Source of the DNA: a virus | Length of the DNA: 64,000 nt | Virus record (IMG/VR): IMGVR_UViG_3300025789_000822 | Span: 24,464 to 88,463 of that record | Reading direction: 5' to 3' (one strand) | In this document: in pieces, positions 10,901 through 19,922 of the stretch | Layout of the letters: the number at the start of each line of letters is the position of its first letter | How positions within the stretch are numbered: the first letter of the stretch is position 1 | The notes under the pieces: generated by a model | Seen by the model: only the letters and a program-made list of their open reading frames with translations | Database searches by the model: none | Told to the model about the DNA's origin: nothing | Program-made: the position numbers and the translations under genes

Positions 10901-11555
10901 GTGAACCAACCGATACCCAAGTGTTAGTTGAATTCTTAAAAAAGAATGTTTGTGCACTTGCTTGATCAGGGTCATTGTAGTTAGGAATAGAATTGACAGC
11001 ATATTGGCCGATTGAACCAATGCTGCTTAATGGAACTCCACCTGACAATTGTGATGTGTTGTTGATTACAATAGGAGCTTGTGATTGGAAAGCACCTGTT
11101 GATGCATCAAATTCATTGATACCCCATGTTGTTGTAGTTGTGTTCAACCAATATGTACCATCAGCTGGGTTGCCACTTGGACGACCTGTTTGACCAACTA
11201 AACTTGCCAAGTCAATATCTGCTCTCAAGCAATAGCAAGTGTTAGTTACACCTAATGCTGAATAGGCAGTCAATAGACCGTATTCGTTTAATTCATATCC
11301 TTGAATTGGAACACCGTTTGATGTTGTATAGAAGAATGGAGTGCCGTATGTTTGTACAAGGTCACGTTGACTTGTAATCAAATATAGTTGACCTGCATTT
11401 GCAGCAGTAGTACCTGGTGCAACACCAGTACCTGTTGGATCTGCTTTATTTGCCGCTGTCGCCAAAATGACTAACGGTGTTGAGTTTGTTGCGGCTGGTA
11501 GATATTGACTTTGATCAATGATATCTACTTGTACGCCTGGAGATACTAGTGCCAT
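7905..11555 (-). CDS. Tail sheath protein (gp18-like) with a large internal insertion
   Basis: MALVSPGV N-terminus; C-terminal PWLAAAGTRRG, INPL, RINVARL, FEPND, IEPVKAVEFIYI. Confidence 0.92.
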   Translation of the reverse strand: MALVSPGVQVDIIDQSQYLPAATNSTPLVILATAANKADPTGTGVAPGTTAANAGQLYLITSQRDLVQTYGTPFFYTTSNGVPIQGYELNEYGLLTAYSALGVTNTCYCLRADIDLASLVGQTGRPSGNPADGTYWLNTTTTTWGINEFDASTGAFQSQAPIVINNTSQLSGGVPLSSIGSIGQYAVNSIPNYNDPDQASAQTFFFKNSTNTWVSVGSQAWLNSWPTIRGTNSNPTLSAGNTLSLNISGGGSVTVTVESSPNNVVSVLASQINALGLGYVTASVVSGKLNIYSSQTGGSTSVNPKYLTISGTALSQLGIESGNYYQPQFFYGTSAQQPLWQASQQFPAPGGSVWLKVGSSGNGFNPVISEWSATTASWKAKTANLATSDWDVIESLDATGGALIPAGTVYAQYNSNFVPTATIPAAQGPIYYWERVATGATIATGTVTDFDWTSGATHIYVQSSIPGTGSLSSVYTVNIPSTCNATQFVTAWQAAAIPFTTASVATSGAIVIEQTSGGVIVMNDCVLSTGLSSGVLAAAGFVSGTTAFVKTGPFVSNNLSNANAGISFTPTQASTSGVGTSLQINVTNINTIYNVSPTTFAAAGSGYAVGDTVTFSGVSMGGSHPANDLVVRVVSVNGSGAVTGLTYVSGMGAETYNVQLSNWVDFTLVPSGGAPVAAPAANTNWFYSVVDQVDIMVRTNVPNTDNPNSVNSYWTGYGNTNYDSNGFPTSGSNTTDPNGPICSATAPTTQSDGVTALAYGDLWVNTLDLVNYPIISRWQSVNNVDQWVVIDNADRVNSQGILFADARWATNGDTSPIDDPIPAIADLLMSDYIDLDCPDSSLYPVGTLLFNTRRSGYNVKQYRPDYFNSVRFPDSTIPEYQDAWVSVSGANATTGVPYFGAAAQRNMVVTAMRATISTNQAIRDEDNFFNLMAAPNYCELQPDMVTLNDDRGDTAFIVGDTPMTLPANGTAIAAWAKNAAGAASTGVDGCVTRNTYLGLFYPSGITDDLQGNLVAVPPSYMMLRTFLRNDQIAYPWLAAAGTRRGIIDNATNIGYIDATTGDFVTVKTSQGIRDVLYTNNINPLVFFTGNGLLSFGNISSYASQSALDRINVARLICYLRYNLAVAARPFIFEPNDALTRTQISGVVQTLLVDLVAKRGIYDYLVVCDNSNNTPATIDANELWVDVAIEPVKAVEFIYIPVRILATGTLGGQGGSK

Positions 11556-11673
11556 AATAAAATTTCCTTTTGTAAAATTATGAGGTTTACCACCTAAGTT
11601 GTAATATTATTTAGTATAAAATCAAAAAAACACCGTATTAACGAACCTTCGAAGGTTAATTTATAAATAGAAG

Positions 11674-12030
11674 ATGATTAATAGACCTATATGCAACACA
11701 TGCAATAAAAATTACTGTGCCGTCAACTATAAACGTGACGGAGTGACGCATTATAGAAGTATATGCGATAGTTGTGGTAAATTAAAAACAAAAAAGAAAC
11801 CCAGAATTAGTAACTGGGAACGTGCAGGGTATAAAAAGAAAACCACATGTGACTTATGTGGTTTCAAAGCATTATACACTACACAAATCACCGTGTTTCA
11901 TATTGACGGTGATTTGACTAATGTTAACTTTACTAATCTACGTAGTGTGTGTCTTAACTGCATTGAAGTAGTTAAGAAGAAAGAAGTTAACTGGAAGCGC
12001 GGAGATTTACAAGTTGACTATAGACTCTAA
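11674..12030 (+). CDS. Zinc-ribbon / degenerate HNH protein
   Basis: CxxC pairs and VFHIDGD..N...NL..VCLNC; TAAATA-N4-ATG. Confidence 0.6.
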   Translation: MINRPICNTCNKNYCAVNYKRDGVTHYRSICDSCGKLKTKKKPRISNWERAGYKKKTTCDLCGFKALYTTQITVFHIDGDLTNVNFTNLRSVCLNCIEVVKKKEVNWKRGDLQVDYRL

Positions 12031-12642
12031 CTGTTTGTGCAAGTCATCAATTGTGCCATTGTTGTCAACATAATGATCATAGTTTAATCCTACACTACTA
12101 TACTCACTGGCATGAATCTTGAGGTCATCAAGTTTCTTTTTACTTAATGCCCAAGACATATTACCAATCTCGCCTTTATTGAAAGAAACTGCATCATCGT
12201 ACCAGCTAGGTTTTTCACCACGCTCGATACGCATAGTAAGTCCACCTGCATTTTTAATGGCTTCAATTTCATTGGTAAATCTGCAATCAGTAATGACGAT
12301 ATCTTCCTTACTGTTTCTAAGTTTGTTTTCTACACTGGCTACCCAAATGCCTTCATTAAATCCTTTGCGACAAACTTCAGTGCCCCAAAATTGTAATACC
12401 CATCTAGGAGTTAATGTAGGAATATTTAATCGTTCTGCCCACCACGGGTCAACTTGTTCTCGCCACTCACGACTTGCTTTTGTTGACCCTTCAAGTAATT
12501 CACGGTCCCAACCAAAGATTGCTGACACAGCATCTTTAAGTGCACCTGCATAACTTAATTTTTTGAAACCATGAAAACGAATTAGGTAGTCTGCGGCTGT
12601 ATCTTTGCCACTACCAATAAAACCTGTAATACCAATAATCAT
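12007..12642 (-). CDS. Deoxynucleoside monophosphate kinase (T4 gp1-like)
   Basis: IIGITGFIGSGKDT P-loop, PR..LQ..GTE, ITDCRF.NE, HASE; AGGAG RBS before ATG 12642. Confidence 0.88.
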   Translation of the reverse strand: MIIGITGFIGSGKDTAADYLIRFHGFKKLSYAGALKDAVSAIFGWDRELLEGSTKASREWREQVDPWWAERLNIPTLTPRWVLQFWGTEVCRKGFNEGIWVASVENKLRNSKEDIVITDCRFTNEIEAIKNAGGLTMRIERGEKPSWYDDAVSFNKGEIGNMSWALSKKKLDDLKIHASEYSSVGLNYDHYVDNNGTIDDLHKQLESIVNL

Positions 12643-12703
12643 TGGGGCATCTCCTATAATATTATGATTGTATGACAATATTTGGAGAATGTCAACTATT
12701 ATT

Positions 12704-13498
12704 TTACCCTTGAATCCATGTCAACGGTTGACTGTAATCAACATATCGTTTCAATTCGTCAATTAACACTTCTTGTGCTTTAGAGCCTTCTGCTTTCATG
12801 GCAGTACCGTTCAATGTTGTGCCGCCACCCGGACCTGCAATGCTGCCGAACTTCTCACGTGCTTCACCAATAATAACTTTACATTGTGCTAAAATAAAGT
12901 CACCGATCCACACACCAGCGCCTGGGTCTTGTAGTAACACTGCTTCAGGGCGTTGCACATCTGCCCAAACAAGAATACGCTCACCTGAACCCTTGAAATC
13001 ACGTGTAATTCTAAGAACCTTAGTAACAGGATCAAATGTGTATGTCAAGAACCCACCAAACATACGTGCGGCTAATTCAACATAACCTGCATAAAAGTCA
13101 TATGTTGCCATACCACCTGTATAGTTATAGTTTAACAAATATGTGTTAAGAATAGCACTACTGAATGGGTCAAAACTGCTTGAACTTGGACCTGTTTCAA
13201 GACCAATACTACGTCTGAATAATTGTCTAACGTTAATAAATTCTTGAGGCAATGTGTAAGTGTCCACATTCTCAACAACTGTCATTAGTGTGTATGATTC
13301 TTGTGTGGCATTTTGTGCACGTTGACGATATACTTTGATAGCATAGTTATATGCGGCCTCATAATGCTCAGGATCAAGTTCCAAATCAATAATACCACCA
13401 CCTAAACGATAAGTGATGTTATTAAATAATGCTTGTTTTAATTCTTCTAAGTTATAACTAGTTGGTGTACTTAAATAACTGGCTGTGCTACTTGGCAT
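12704..13498 (-). CDS. Neck protein (T4 gp13-like)
   Basis: RLGGGIIDLEL, GEAREKF..IAGPGGGTTLNG..MKAE motifs. Confidence 0.75.
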   Translation of the reverse strand: MPSSTASYLSTPTSYNLEELKQALFNNITYRLGGGIIDLELDPEHYEAAYNYAIKVYRQRAQNATQESYTLMTVVENVDTYTLPQEFINVRQLFRRSIGLETGPSSSSFDPFSSAILNTYLLNYNYTGGMATYDFYAGYVELAARMFGGFLTYTFDPVTKVLRITRDFKGSGERILVWADVQRPEAVLLQDPGAGVWIGDFILAQCKVIIGEAREKFGSIAGPGGGTTLNGTAMKAEGSKAQEVLIDELKRYVDYSQPLTWIQG

Positions 13499-13530
13499 AA
13501 TAATCCCCTGTTGCTATTATTTATCAGGGA

Positions 13531-13944
13531 TTATAGGTCTCCATCTTTTCGGTTCTCGCTGTAAAATGCGTCAAACTGTCCACCGGGATATCGTGCCTCT
13601 AATTTTTTAACATTCTCAGCAACAACATCATTGGGATCAAGATTTAGTGCACGACATGCATTAACCCAGTACCACATAATATCACCCAATTCACGTTTCA
13701 TGTGAAAAATGTTTTCATCAGTTAGTGGTTTACCTTGAAAGAAAACCTTCTTGGGAATTTCAATAAACTCACCACTTTCAGCCGCAAGTCCTAAACATGC
13801 AGTCAATAGCAAACTAACATTTATATTAGTTGTATTACGCAGTTCAACGATGCGAGGTAAAAGGTGATCAAAGTTATTTGATTCTTTGCTGGTTACAGCA
13901 TTAACGAATTCGGTGTATTTGTTTAAATCAATATTTTGTGTCAT
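13531..13944 (-). CDS. mazG: MazG-like NTP pyrophosphohydrolase
   Basis: LGLAAESGEFIE..KK, RELGDIMWY, N..KL..RY. Confidence 0.85.
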   Translation of the reverse strand: MTQNIDLNKYTEFVNAVTSKESNNFDHLLPRIVELRNTTNINVSLLLTACLGLAAESGEFIEIPKKVFFQGKPLTDENIFHMKRELGDIMWYWVNACRALNLDPNDVVAENVKKLEARYPGGQFDAFYSENRKDGDL

Positions 13945-14677
13945 TGTTTGCCTTTATAAAATTGTATAGTTCGTCTGCATATAGTTGATGAGGGATATCA
14001 GAATGATGCCCGTATTTTGCCTTTGAATTAGTATATCCTAAATTTATATATTTGGGATAAAATGATTCGTTGTTGTTATTATAGTTGTAATACTTGCCTG
14101 TGTCAATACTATTCAAGTAAAATTTAAGATATTTTTCATTTTCAGGAGAAAACATGTGTATAGTATTACACATTAGGTAATCAATGTTTTTACTCTTAAA
14201 AAAATATTGCAATTGCAAAATTAAATTTGCACTGGTGATTTCTGTATAAGGTGTTTGGTTAATTACAAACCTACGATAATCTTCTTGTATGTTACGCTCA
14301 CGTTCAGAATAACCTGTATAGTTTACATTTATCTGCAAGAAATCAGTAGATGAATTAGAAAACCAATCACAGTATTTTCCATTCTGTTGTTGATGCCATG
14401 TTGGGTATTGAAATGGTGCTTCAATACGTGAACTCTCAGTCCAACCAACAACAACAAATAAGTCACTAGTATCATGCTCACTACAATATTCTAGGACACT
14501 CCTAGCAATTGCACTATTAGTGTAACCACTTACTGCAATATTAACAGGAGTATATCCTAATTTTTGTGCTAACAAATTACCATAACTATGTTGACGATTG
14601 AAGGGGCTGTCTACTTCCCCGTCAATTTCAGAACCAGCTGAGTGACTACACCCCGCAATTAAACATATTTTACTCAA
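13928..14677 (-). CDS. SGNH/GDSL-like hydrolase family protein
   Basis: GCSHS block I, NIAVSGYTN block II, C-terminal HH. Confidence 0.6.
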   Translation of the reverse strand: MSKICLIAGCSHSAGSEIDGEVDSPFNRQHSYGNLLAQKLGYTPVNIAVSGYTNSAIARSVLEYCSEHDTSDLFVVVGWTESSRIEAPFQYPTWHQQQNGKYCDWFSNSSTDFLQINVNYTGYSERERNIQEDYRRFVINQTPYTEITSANLILQLQYFFKSKNIDYLMCNTIHMFSPENEKYLKFYLNSIDTGKYYNYNNNNESFYPKYINLGYTNSKAKYGHHSDIPHQLYADELYNFIKANNDTKY

Positions 14678-15856
14678 TTAAAACGCCTTGAGAATAATCA
14701 TGTTGTCGTTGAAACGACCATTGGGTGATGTTGCAACAGACTTGATTTCTTTAAAGAACTTACGTGCCGCGGGCTTACTACCTGTAAGTGCCTTGATTTG
14801 TTCAGCGGGCTTACGTAGTGTTTTAACTTCACTTTGTTTGGGATCGAATCCTAGCAATGTGTTACCCTTAACTGTAAGTGTCTTGCTATATTCATCGGCA
14901 ACATAATGATGCATTTTACGTCTTGCTGTATCATAGACCCAAGCCTCATTACATTGATGTAGTTTAACAGGACTCAAACCAACCAAATCAACCTTTGTAG
15001 CATCATCCTTGAATGTTTTCAAGTGTTTCAGTTTGCTTACAATCTTTTCTACAGGTACTGCCTTGCGTTTGCGTGGTGCCTTGCTTGCCTTCTTAACACT
15101 TGCATAACCATTTAGATCGGCAATCACAGATTCAATGAACTTAATCATATAGCGAACCTGCATTTTGCTCATGTGAGCATAGGCTTCAACTAATTGTGCA
15201 TCTTTGCCAAGTTGCAATTCAGTAAATTCATTTAATACATTTTCCCAATGTTTAATAATTGGGGTAATATGTTGAGGTAAAATGTTGCGTTCGCCTAATT
15301 CTGAACTAACACGTTTTTTAGTTTCAAAGTCTTTGGGGTATCCTGCTAAACAGAATTCATCCATCAAGCCTTCTAATTCACCTGCGGCTTCACCTGCTTT
15401 TTCACGCATGATTTCCTGAATGTTCTTGCGTTCAACTTTAGGCTTATCATCTTCAATGACTTCATTTTTTTCTTCACCTTTACCCAATTGAACCAGTCGG
15501 TCGATCTGGTCGTCAAGCAACATTTTTTCACGCTCATTGAATTGCAAACCACGCAATGACAACCGTGCCATCCAACCCCAAGAGGTGTGCACTTTAGTGT
15601 CAGGGGCCTTTTTAACAAACTTGATTTTGTCTTTACCCTCGTTAGCCTCAAGATATTGAATCATAAAGTCTTTGGCATCAGGCTGTGAATAGAATCGTGA
15701 GTACCAATTAAATGCTTGTCCTAGTTGACCTTGCCGTTTGTCCTCTGCAGGTTGTGTTTCAAATAGTGGTTCAGAACCATAATATTGTGCATCAACATCT
15801 TTAGGTGTAAGGTCACGCACAAAAGAATGTGTTTGATAAGCGGGTTTGCGAGCCAT
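14678..15856 (-). CDS. Hypothetical early protein
   Basis: 392-aa ORF behind a sigma70-like promoter; KTLRKP motif. Confidence 0.65.
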   Translation of the reverse strand: MARKPAYQTHSFVRDLTPKDVDAQYYGSEPLFETQPAEDKRQGQLGQAFNWYSRFYSQPDAKDFMIQYLEANEGKDKIKFVKKAPDTKVHTSWGWMARLSLRGLQFNEREKMLLDDQIDRLVQLGKGEEKNEVIEDDKPKVERKNIQEIMREKAGEAAGELEGLMDEFCLAGYPKDFETKKRVSSELGERNILPQHITPIIKHWENVLNEFTELQLGKDAQLVEAYAHMSKMQVRYMIKFIESVIADLNGYASVKKASKAPRKRKAVPVEKIVSKLKHLKTFKDDATKVDLVGLSPVKLHQCNEAWVYDTARRKMHHYVADEYSKTLTVKGNTLLGFDPKQSEVKTLRKPAEQIKALTGSKPAARKFFKEIKSVATSPNGRFNDNMIILKAF

Positions 15857-15885
15857 AAAATCTCCATAGTTTCACGATATTTATA

Positions 15886-15914
15886 AGTATACAGCATATC
15901 CGATTTATTGTCAA
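15886..15914 (-). promoter_or_regulatory. Early sigma70-type promoter (TTGACAATAAAT class)
   Basis: TTGACA-17 nt-TATACT. Confidence 0.8.
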
Positions 15915-15949
15915 GCCGTTTGATCCAAAAAATTTCGATAAATAACTAT

Positions 15950-16024
15950 ATGCTTACTGATTCTAAATATAAAAAATGGTACTTCTCTATTAAATTGGCT
16001 AAAAAACTAGCCGTAGGAGTTTAA
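15950..16024 (+). pseudogene. 24-aa remnant of a probable HNH homing endonuclease
   Basis: MLTDSKYKKWYFSIKLAKKLAVGV; KY.KWY.SI resembles phage HNH N-termini; sits on TAAATA-N5-ATG and ends 1 nt before the next gene. Confidence 0.5.
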
Positions 16025-16025
16025 C

Positions 16026-17780
16026 GTGCCTAGGCTCAGCCTATACCGTCCAACGAAACAAAATGACTATCGATTTATGGATAGAACCATATCCGATATG
16101 TTAACTGCAGGTGGCACAGACTTATATATTCACAAATATCTAGGTCCTACTGATCAGGGGCCTAGTACTGACCCTACACAGCCACAGTATGCAGTTCAAA
16201 GTCCTACTAATATTCAAGACTTGTTATTCATGGAAAACCGTGATAGAACATATGATCCAAATATCTATAGATTGCGCGGGCATTACAATGTACAAAATCT
16301 TGACTTTGATTTAAGTCAGTTTGGTTTATTCTTAAATAATGATATCATTTTCGTCACTGTGCATTACAATGACATGATTGACATTATTGGTCGCAAATTA
16401 ATGGTTGGTGATGTATTAGAGTTACCTCACTTACTAGATTATAATCCATTAGATCAAACTATACCAGTTGCATTAAAACGCTTTATGCAAATTACTGATG
16501 CAAACTATGCAAGTGAAGGTTTCACACAAACATGGTACCCACATCTATGGCGTATCAAATGTGAACCTCTTGTTAATAGTGAGGAGTTTTCAGATATTCT
16601 TACACAACCTCTCAATCAAGACAATTATCTTGGTAACTGGGATAAGACAAAACCTTATCCAGAAGGCTATACTGTTACATTTGGTGGATTGATTTATAAA
16701 TCTTTGGCAGATGTTCCTGCAGGAACATATCCACCAAACGCAACATATTGGCAATTACAATCAAACGGTGGCCTTGCAGATATCATTTCTACATACAACA
16801 AGAATATTGCAATCAATGATGCTGTACTTGCTGATGCAGAAATACTTGTTCCTAAATCAGGTTACGATCAAAGTCAACTATATGTTGTACCTACATACGG
16901 CGAGTATGTTACCAACCAAGAAGGTAATACAGTTCCTTCAGGTCATTTGAATCAACCTGCACCACCTATCGGTGTACTTGCTCCTAATCCATTCGCAAAC
17001 TTCCCCAATATACCATCTCAGTTAGATGGCGCAAAGGTTGTAATATATCGCAATAGTAAGTTCAAGAATCCAAGTGTTGGTATTAAGGTTAGTAAGGCTG
17101 CATTAGCAAAACTACAAGACATGAATGGTGTCGGCAAGTATGTAGAAAATAAAATCAACAAACTTGTACAAGCACAATTATCATTAGCAGAGCAAGAACC
17201 TGAAAAGACAGCAGGTGGTAGTGGTCGTGTTGATAAGATTAAGATTCTCAAAGTAGAAACAATCAGTCCTATCATTATTGGACCATATGGTACTGCTGAC
17301 AACACATATGCTACAGCAGACCAAGACCCAAGTCTAGATAGTTTCACAGGAACGGTGACAAGTGTTATGGACTTTAGAGCAGACTGTGATCCAACATTCC
17401 AGTTTATCTCTAGATCGGCTCCAAGATCATTTGGTTATACAACTGGCTACATGACTGGTGATGGTAGTGCTCCAAATGGATTCCCAACAGGCGCAGGTAT
17501 TAGTTTCCCTGCAAATCCTACAGTGGGCGATTATTTCTTACGCATCGATTACTTACCTCAACTATTATATCGTTGGGACGGTAAGTTATGGATACAAATT
17601 AGCCAAAATGTCAGAACACAAACTGGATTTGGTAGTGTTGAAAATCAATCACAACTCTCATCATTTATTAATAACGATGCTCAAATTTATGTAAATAATG
17701 ATCAAGCAGTAATTCCTCAAGCACAACCATTGTCGAATGTACTACAGAATTCACCACCGACACTACCGCCGGTAATATAA
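16026..17780 (+). CDS. Neck/head-closure protein (gp14-like) with extra domains
   Basis: FDLSQFGLFL, GDVLELP, WRIKC motifs; precedes a gp15-like gene; GTG start. Confidence 0.65.
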   Translation: MPRLSLYRPTKQNDYRFMDRTISDMLTAGGTDLYIHKYLGPTDQGPSTDPTQPQYAVQSPTNIQDLLFMENRDRTYDPNIYRLRGHYNVQNLDFDLSQFGLFLNNDIIFVTVHYNDMIDIIGRKLMVGDVLELPHLLDYNPLDQTIPVALKRFMQITDANYASEGFTQTWYPHLWRIKCEPLVNSEEFSDILTQPLNQDNYLGNWDKTKPYPEGYTVTFGGLIYKSLADVPAGTYPPNATYWQLQSNGGLADIISTYNKNIAINDAVLADAEILVPKSGYDQSQLYVVPTYGEYVTNQEGNTVPSGHLNQPAPPIGVLAPNPFANFPNIPSQLDGAKVVIYRNSKFKNPSVGIKVSKAALAKLQDMNGVGKYVENKINKLVQAQLSLAEQEPEKTAGGSGRVDKIKILKVETISPIIIGPYGTADNTYATADQDPSLDSFTGTVTSVMDFRADCDPTFQFISRSAPRSFGYTTGYMTGDGSAPNGFPTGAGISFPANPTVGDYFLRIDYLPQLLYRWDGKLWIQISQNVRTQTGFGSVENQSQLSSFINNDAQIYVNNDQAVIPQAQPLSNVLQNSPPTLPPVI

Positions 17781-17789
17781 AGGTCATAC

Positions 17790-19166
17790 ATGGCAGCGCA
17801 ATATTTTTATGATAATCAGATACGCAGATTCTTAATACAGTTTGCCAAAATCTTTAGCAACTGGCAAGTTACCAGAGGTAACGATCCTGCAGGCAACCCT
17901 ATTTACGTTCGTGTGCCTATTATGTATGGCGATCAAAGTCGTCAGGCTGCAACTGTTGTTAATAATAACAGTGCAAGTACACTACCATCTGCACCAATGA
18001 TTACTTACTACATCAGTGGTTTGGAATACAATCAAAAATGGACTACTGATCCTACATTTATTGACAAGATTAATGTAAGGCAACGTGCATACAATCCTGA
18101 TACACAAAGCTATGAGACTACACAAGGTCAAGCGTTTACTATTGAAAGATTGATGCCTGTACCATATACATTGCGTATTAATGTCGATTTTTGGACAACA
18201 AACTATCAACAAAAATTAGAAATCATTGAACAACTAGGCCCATTGTTTAATCCTGCACTTGAAATTCAAAGTACAGATAACTTTGTTGATTGGACCTCAT
18301 TAAGTTCTGTGTTTCAAGATGGATTGACTTTTACTAGCAGACAAATTCCAGTAGGTACAGGTAATCCAATTGACATTATGACCTGGAAGTTTTACATGCC
18401 TATCTGGTTGACAACTGCAAGTAAGTTGAAAAAGATGGGCGTTATTCAAAAAATTATCATGTCTATCTATCAAGGAAATGCTCTTACAGATATCCAGAAT
18501 GATGATTTGTTGTTAGGTACTAGACAAAAGATTACTCCATATGGTTACAAGTTATTATACATCGGCAACCAATTACAATTACTACCTGCCGACGAACCAT
18601 TCGATCCGTCTAACAATAGTCTAGATCAAGATGTTTCTCCACCTACTGATTTGTATTGGTCTAGTTTATTAAACGTGTATGGCAAAGTTCAGCCGGGTAT
18701 TAGCCAGATTTGGTTAGAGAATCCATATATGGATACCCCTATCGTTGGTACTATTGTTCCTAATCCATTAGATGACAGATTCTTAATCTTTAACGTAGAT
18801 CCACAAACATTACCACAGAATACATTAGATCCAGTTAATGCTGTTATTAATCCACAAATGCAAGGCCCTAATGCAGGACTACCCGGGCCTATCAATGGTG
18901 TACGCTATTTGATTGTTGAAAATATTGGAGCACCTGATACTACAACAGTTGCTTGGGGTGGTCTAGTCGCAAATGCAAATGATATCATAGAATTTGATAG
19001 TGGTACAATGCAATGGTTTGTTGCATACGACAGTCAAGCAGATACAGAAGTACAATATGTGACTAATCTTGCAACTACTCTTCAATATAGATATACACCT
19101 GATGAAGGTTGGATGAAATCATATGAAGGTTTCTATTACGCCGGCGATTACAGTATCGTAATTTAA
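17790..19166 (+). CDS. Tail sheath stabiliser/terminator (T4 gp15-like)
   Basis: YFYDNQIRR...F, VPIMYG, PVPYTL, QKLEIIEQL.PLFNP. Confidence 0.8.
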   Translation: MAAQYFYDNQIRRFLIQFAKIFSNWQVTRGNDPAGNPIYVRVPIMYGDQSRQAATVVNNNSASTLPSAPMITYYISGLEYNQKWTTDPTFIDKINVRQRAYNPDTQSYETTQGQAFTIERLMPVPYTLRINVDFWTTNYQQKLEIIEQLGPLFNPALEIQSTDNFVDWTSLSSVFQDGLTFTSRQIPVGTGNPIDIMTWKFYMPIWLTTASKLKKMGVIQKIIMSIYQGNALTDIQNDDLLLGTRQKITPYGYKLLYIGNQLQLLPADEPFDPSNNSLDQDVSPPTDLYWSSLLNVYGKVQPGISQIWLENPYMDTPIVGTIVPNPLDDRFLIFNVDPQTLPQNTLDPVNAVINPQMQGPNAGLPGPINGVRYLIVENIGAPDTTTVAWGGLVANANDIIEFDSGTMQWFVAYDSQADTEVQYVTNLATTLQYRYTPDEGWMKSYEGFYYAGDYSIVI

Positions 19167-19167
19167 T

Positions 19168-19575
19168 ATGTCCAGTAACGCTGCCGGTGTGTTCTTCTAT
19201 AGTGTTTCTACTAATAGATTTCTTTATCTATTAAGGGCTGATAATAAAAGTCCTACGTGGAGTATACCAGGTGGCGGCATCGAAAAAGATGAAACACTAT
19301 TAGAAGGTATTGAACGTGAGTGTATAGAAGAAATGGGATTCTACAATCAAGACTTCAAATTGATTCCCATTCAAAAGTTTGTCAATAATACATTTACATA
19401 TCATACATTCTTCTGTGAAGTCAAAGAAGAATTCATACCTACGTTAAATGCTGAACATGAAGGATATGCATGGGTCAAAGAAGGGCATTTCCCCAAGCCA
19501 TTACATCCTGGATTGTTTAGTACTGTGAATATTGATTTAGTTCAAGAAAAGTTACAGGCATTGATAAAAAAATAG
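19168..19575 (+). CDS. Nudix hydrolase
   Basis: Nudix box GGGIEKDETLLEGIERECIEEMG. Confidence 0.88.
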   Translation: MSSNAAGVFFYSVSTNRFLYLLRADNKSPTWSIPGGGIEKDETLLEGIERECIEEMGFYNQDFKLIPIQKFVNNTFTYHTFFCEVKEEFIPTLNAEHEGYAWVKEGHFPKPLHPGLFSTVNIDLVQEKLQALIKK

Positions 19576-19597
19576 GGAGATTAAATCCCCCTATCTT
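19566..19597. terminator. Bidirectional terminator between convergent genes
   Basis: ATAGGGAGA-TTAAA-TCCCCCTAT hairpin flanked by A/T runs. Confidence 0.55.
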
Positions 19598-19917
19598 TAT
19601 GCTCCGAGCATTTTGCTCACTACATGAAACCCTAGTGCACCTGCAGTTGCTGCACCTCCCATAACCATCCATTTCCATTTTTCTAAAGCACTAACTTTTT
19701 TAGAAAGTTCATTATGTTGCTGTGTGCTTTCAGTGGATAATTTTGTGATCATGTCGTGTGTATCTTTCATTGCTGATGATACACTATCTTTGATTTCTTT
19801 AATATCAGATTTCAGGTCGTCCATCTTTTCATGGATGTTGGCGACCTGAACCTGAAGCACTGCAATTTCAGTTTCAGACTTTTGCACCGATAATCGATCT
19901 GGTCTTGCAGTAGCCAT
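19597..19917 (-). CDS. Coiled-coil protein with C-terminal TM helix (holin/XhlA-like candidate)
   Basis: Heptad region then WKWMVMGGAATAGALG. Confidence 0.45.
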   Translation of the reverse strand: MATARPDRLSVQKSETEIAVLQVQVANIHEKMDDLKSDIKEIKDSVSSAMKDTHDMITKLSTESTQQHNELSKKVSALEKWKWMVMGGAATAGALGFHVVSKMLGA

Positions 19918-19922
19918 ATCGA

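Noticed and set aside
11581-11592. 12-nt match TGGTAAACCTCA between the sheath leader and 54473-54484
   Set aside because: A single 12-mer pair in opposite orientation is plausible by chance; no third copy noticed
11674-12030. Active HNH homing endonuclease
   Set aside because: HNH motif is degenerate (FHIDG, no final His), so a non-mobile zinc protein is more likely
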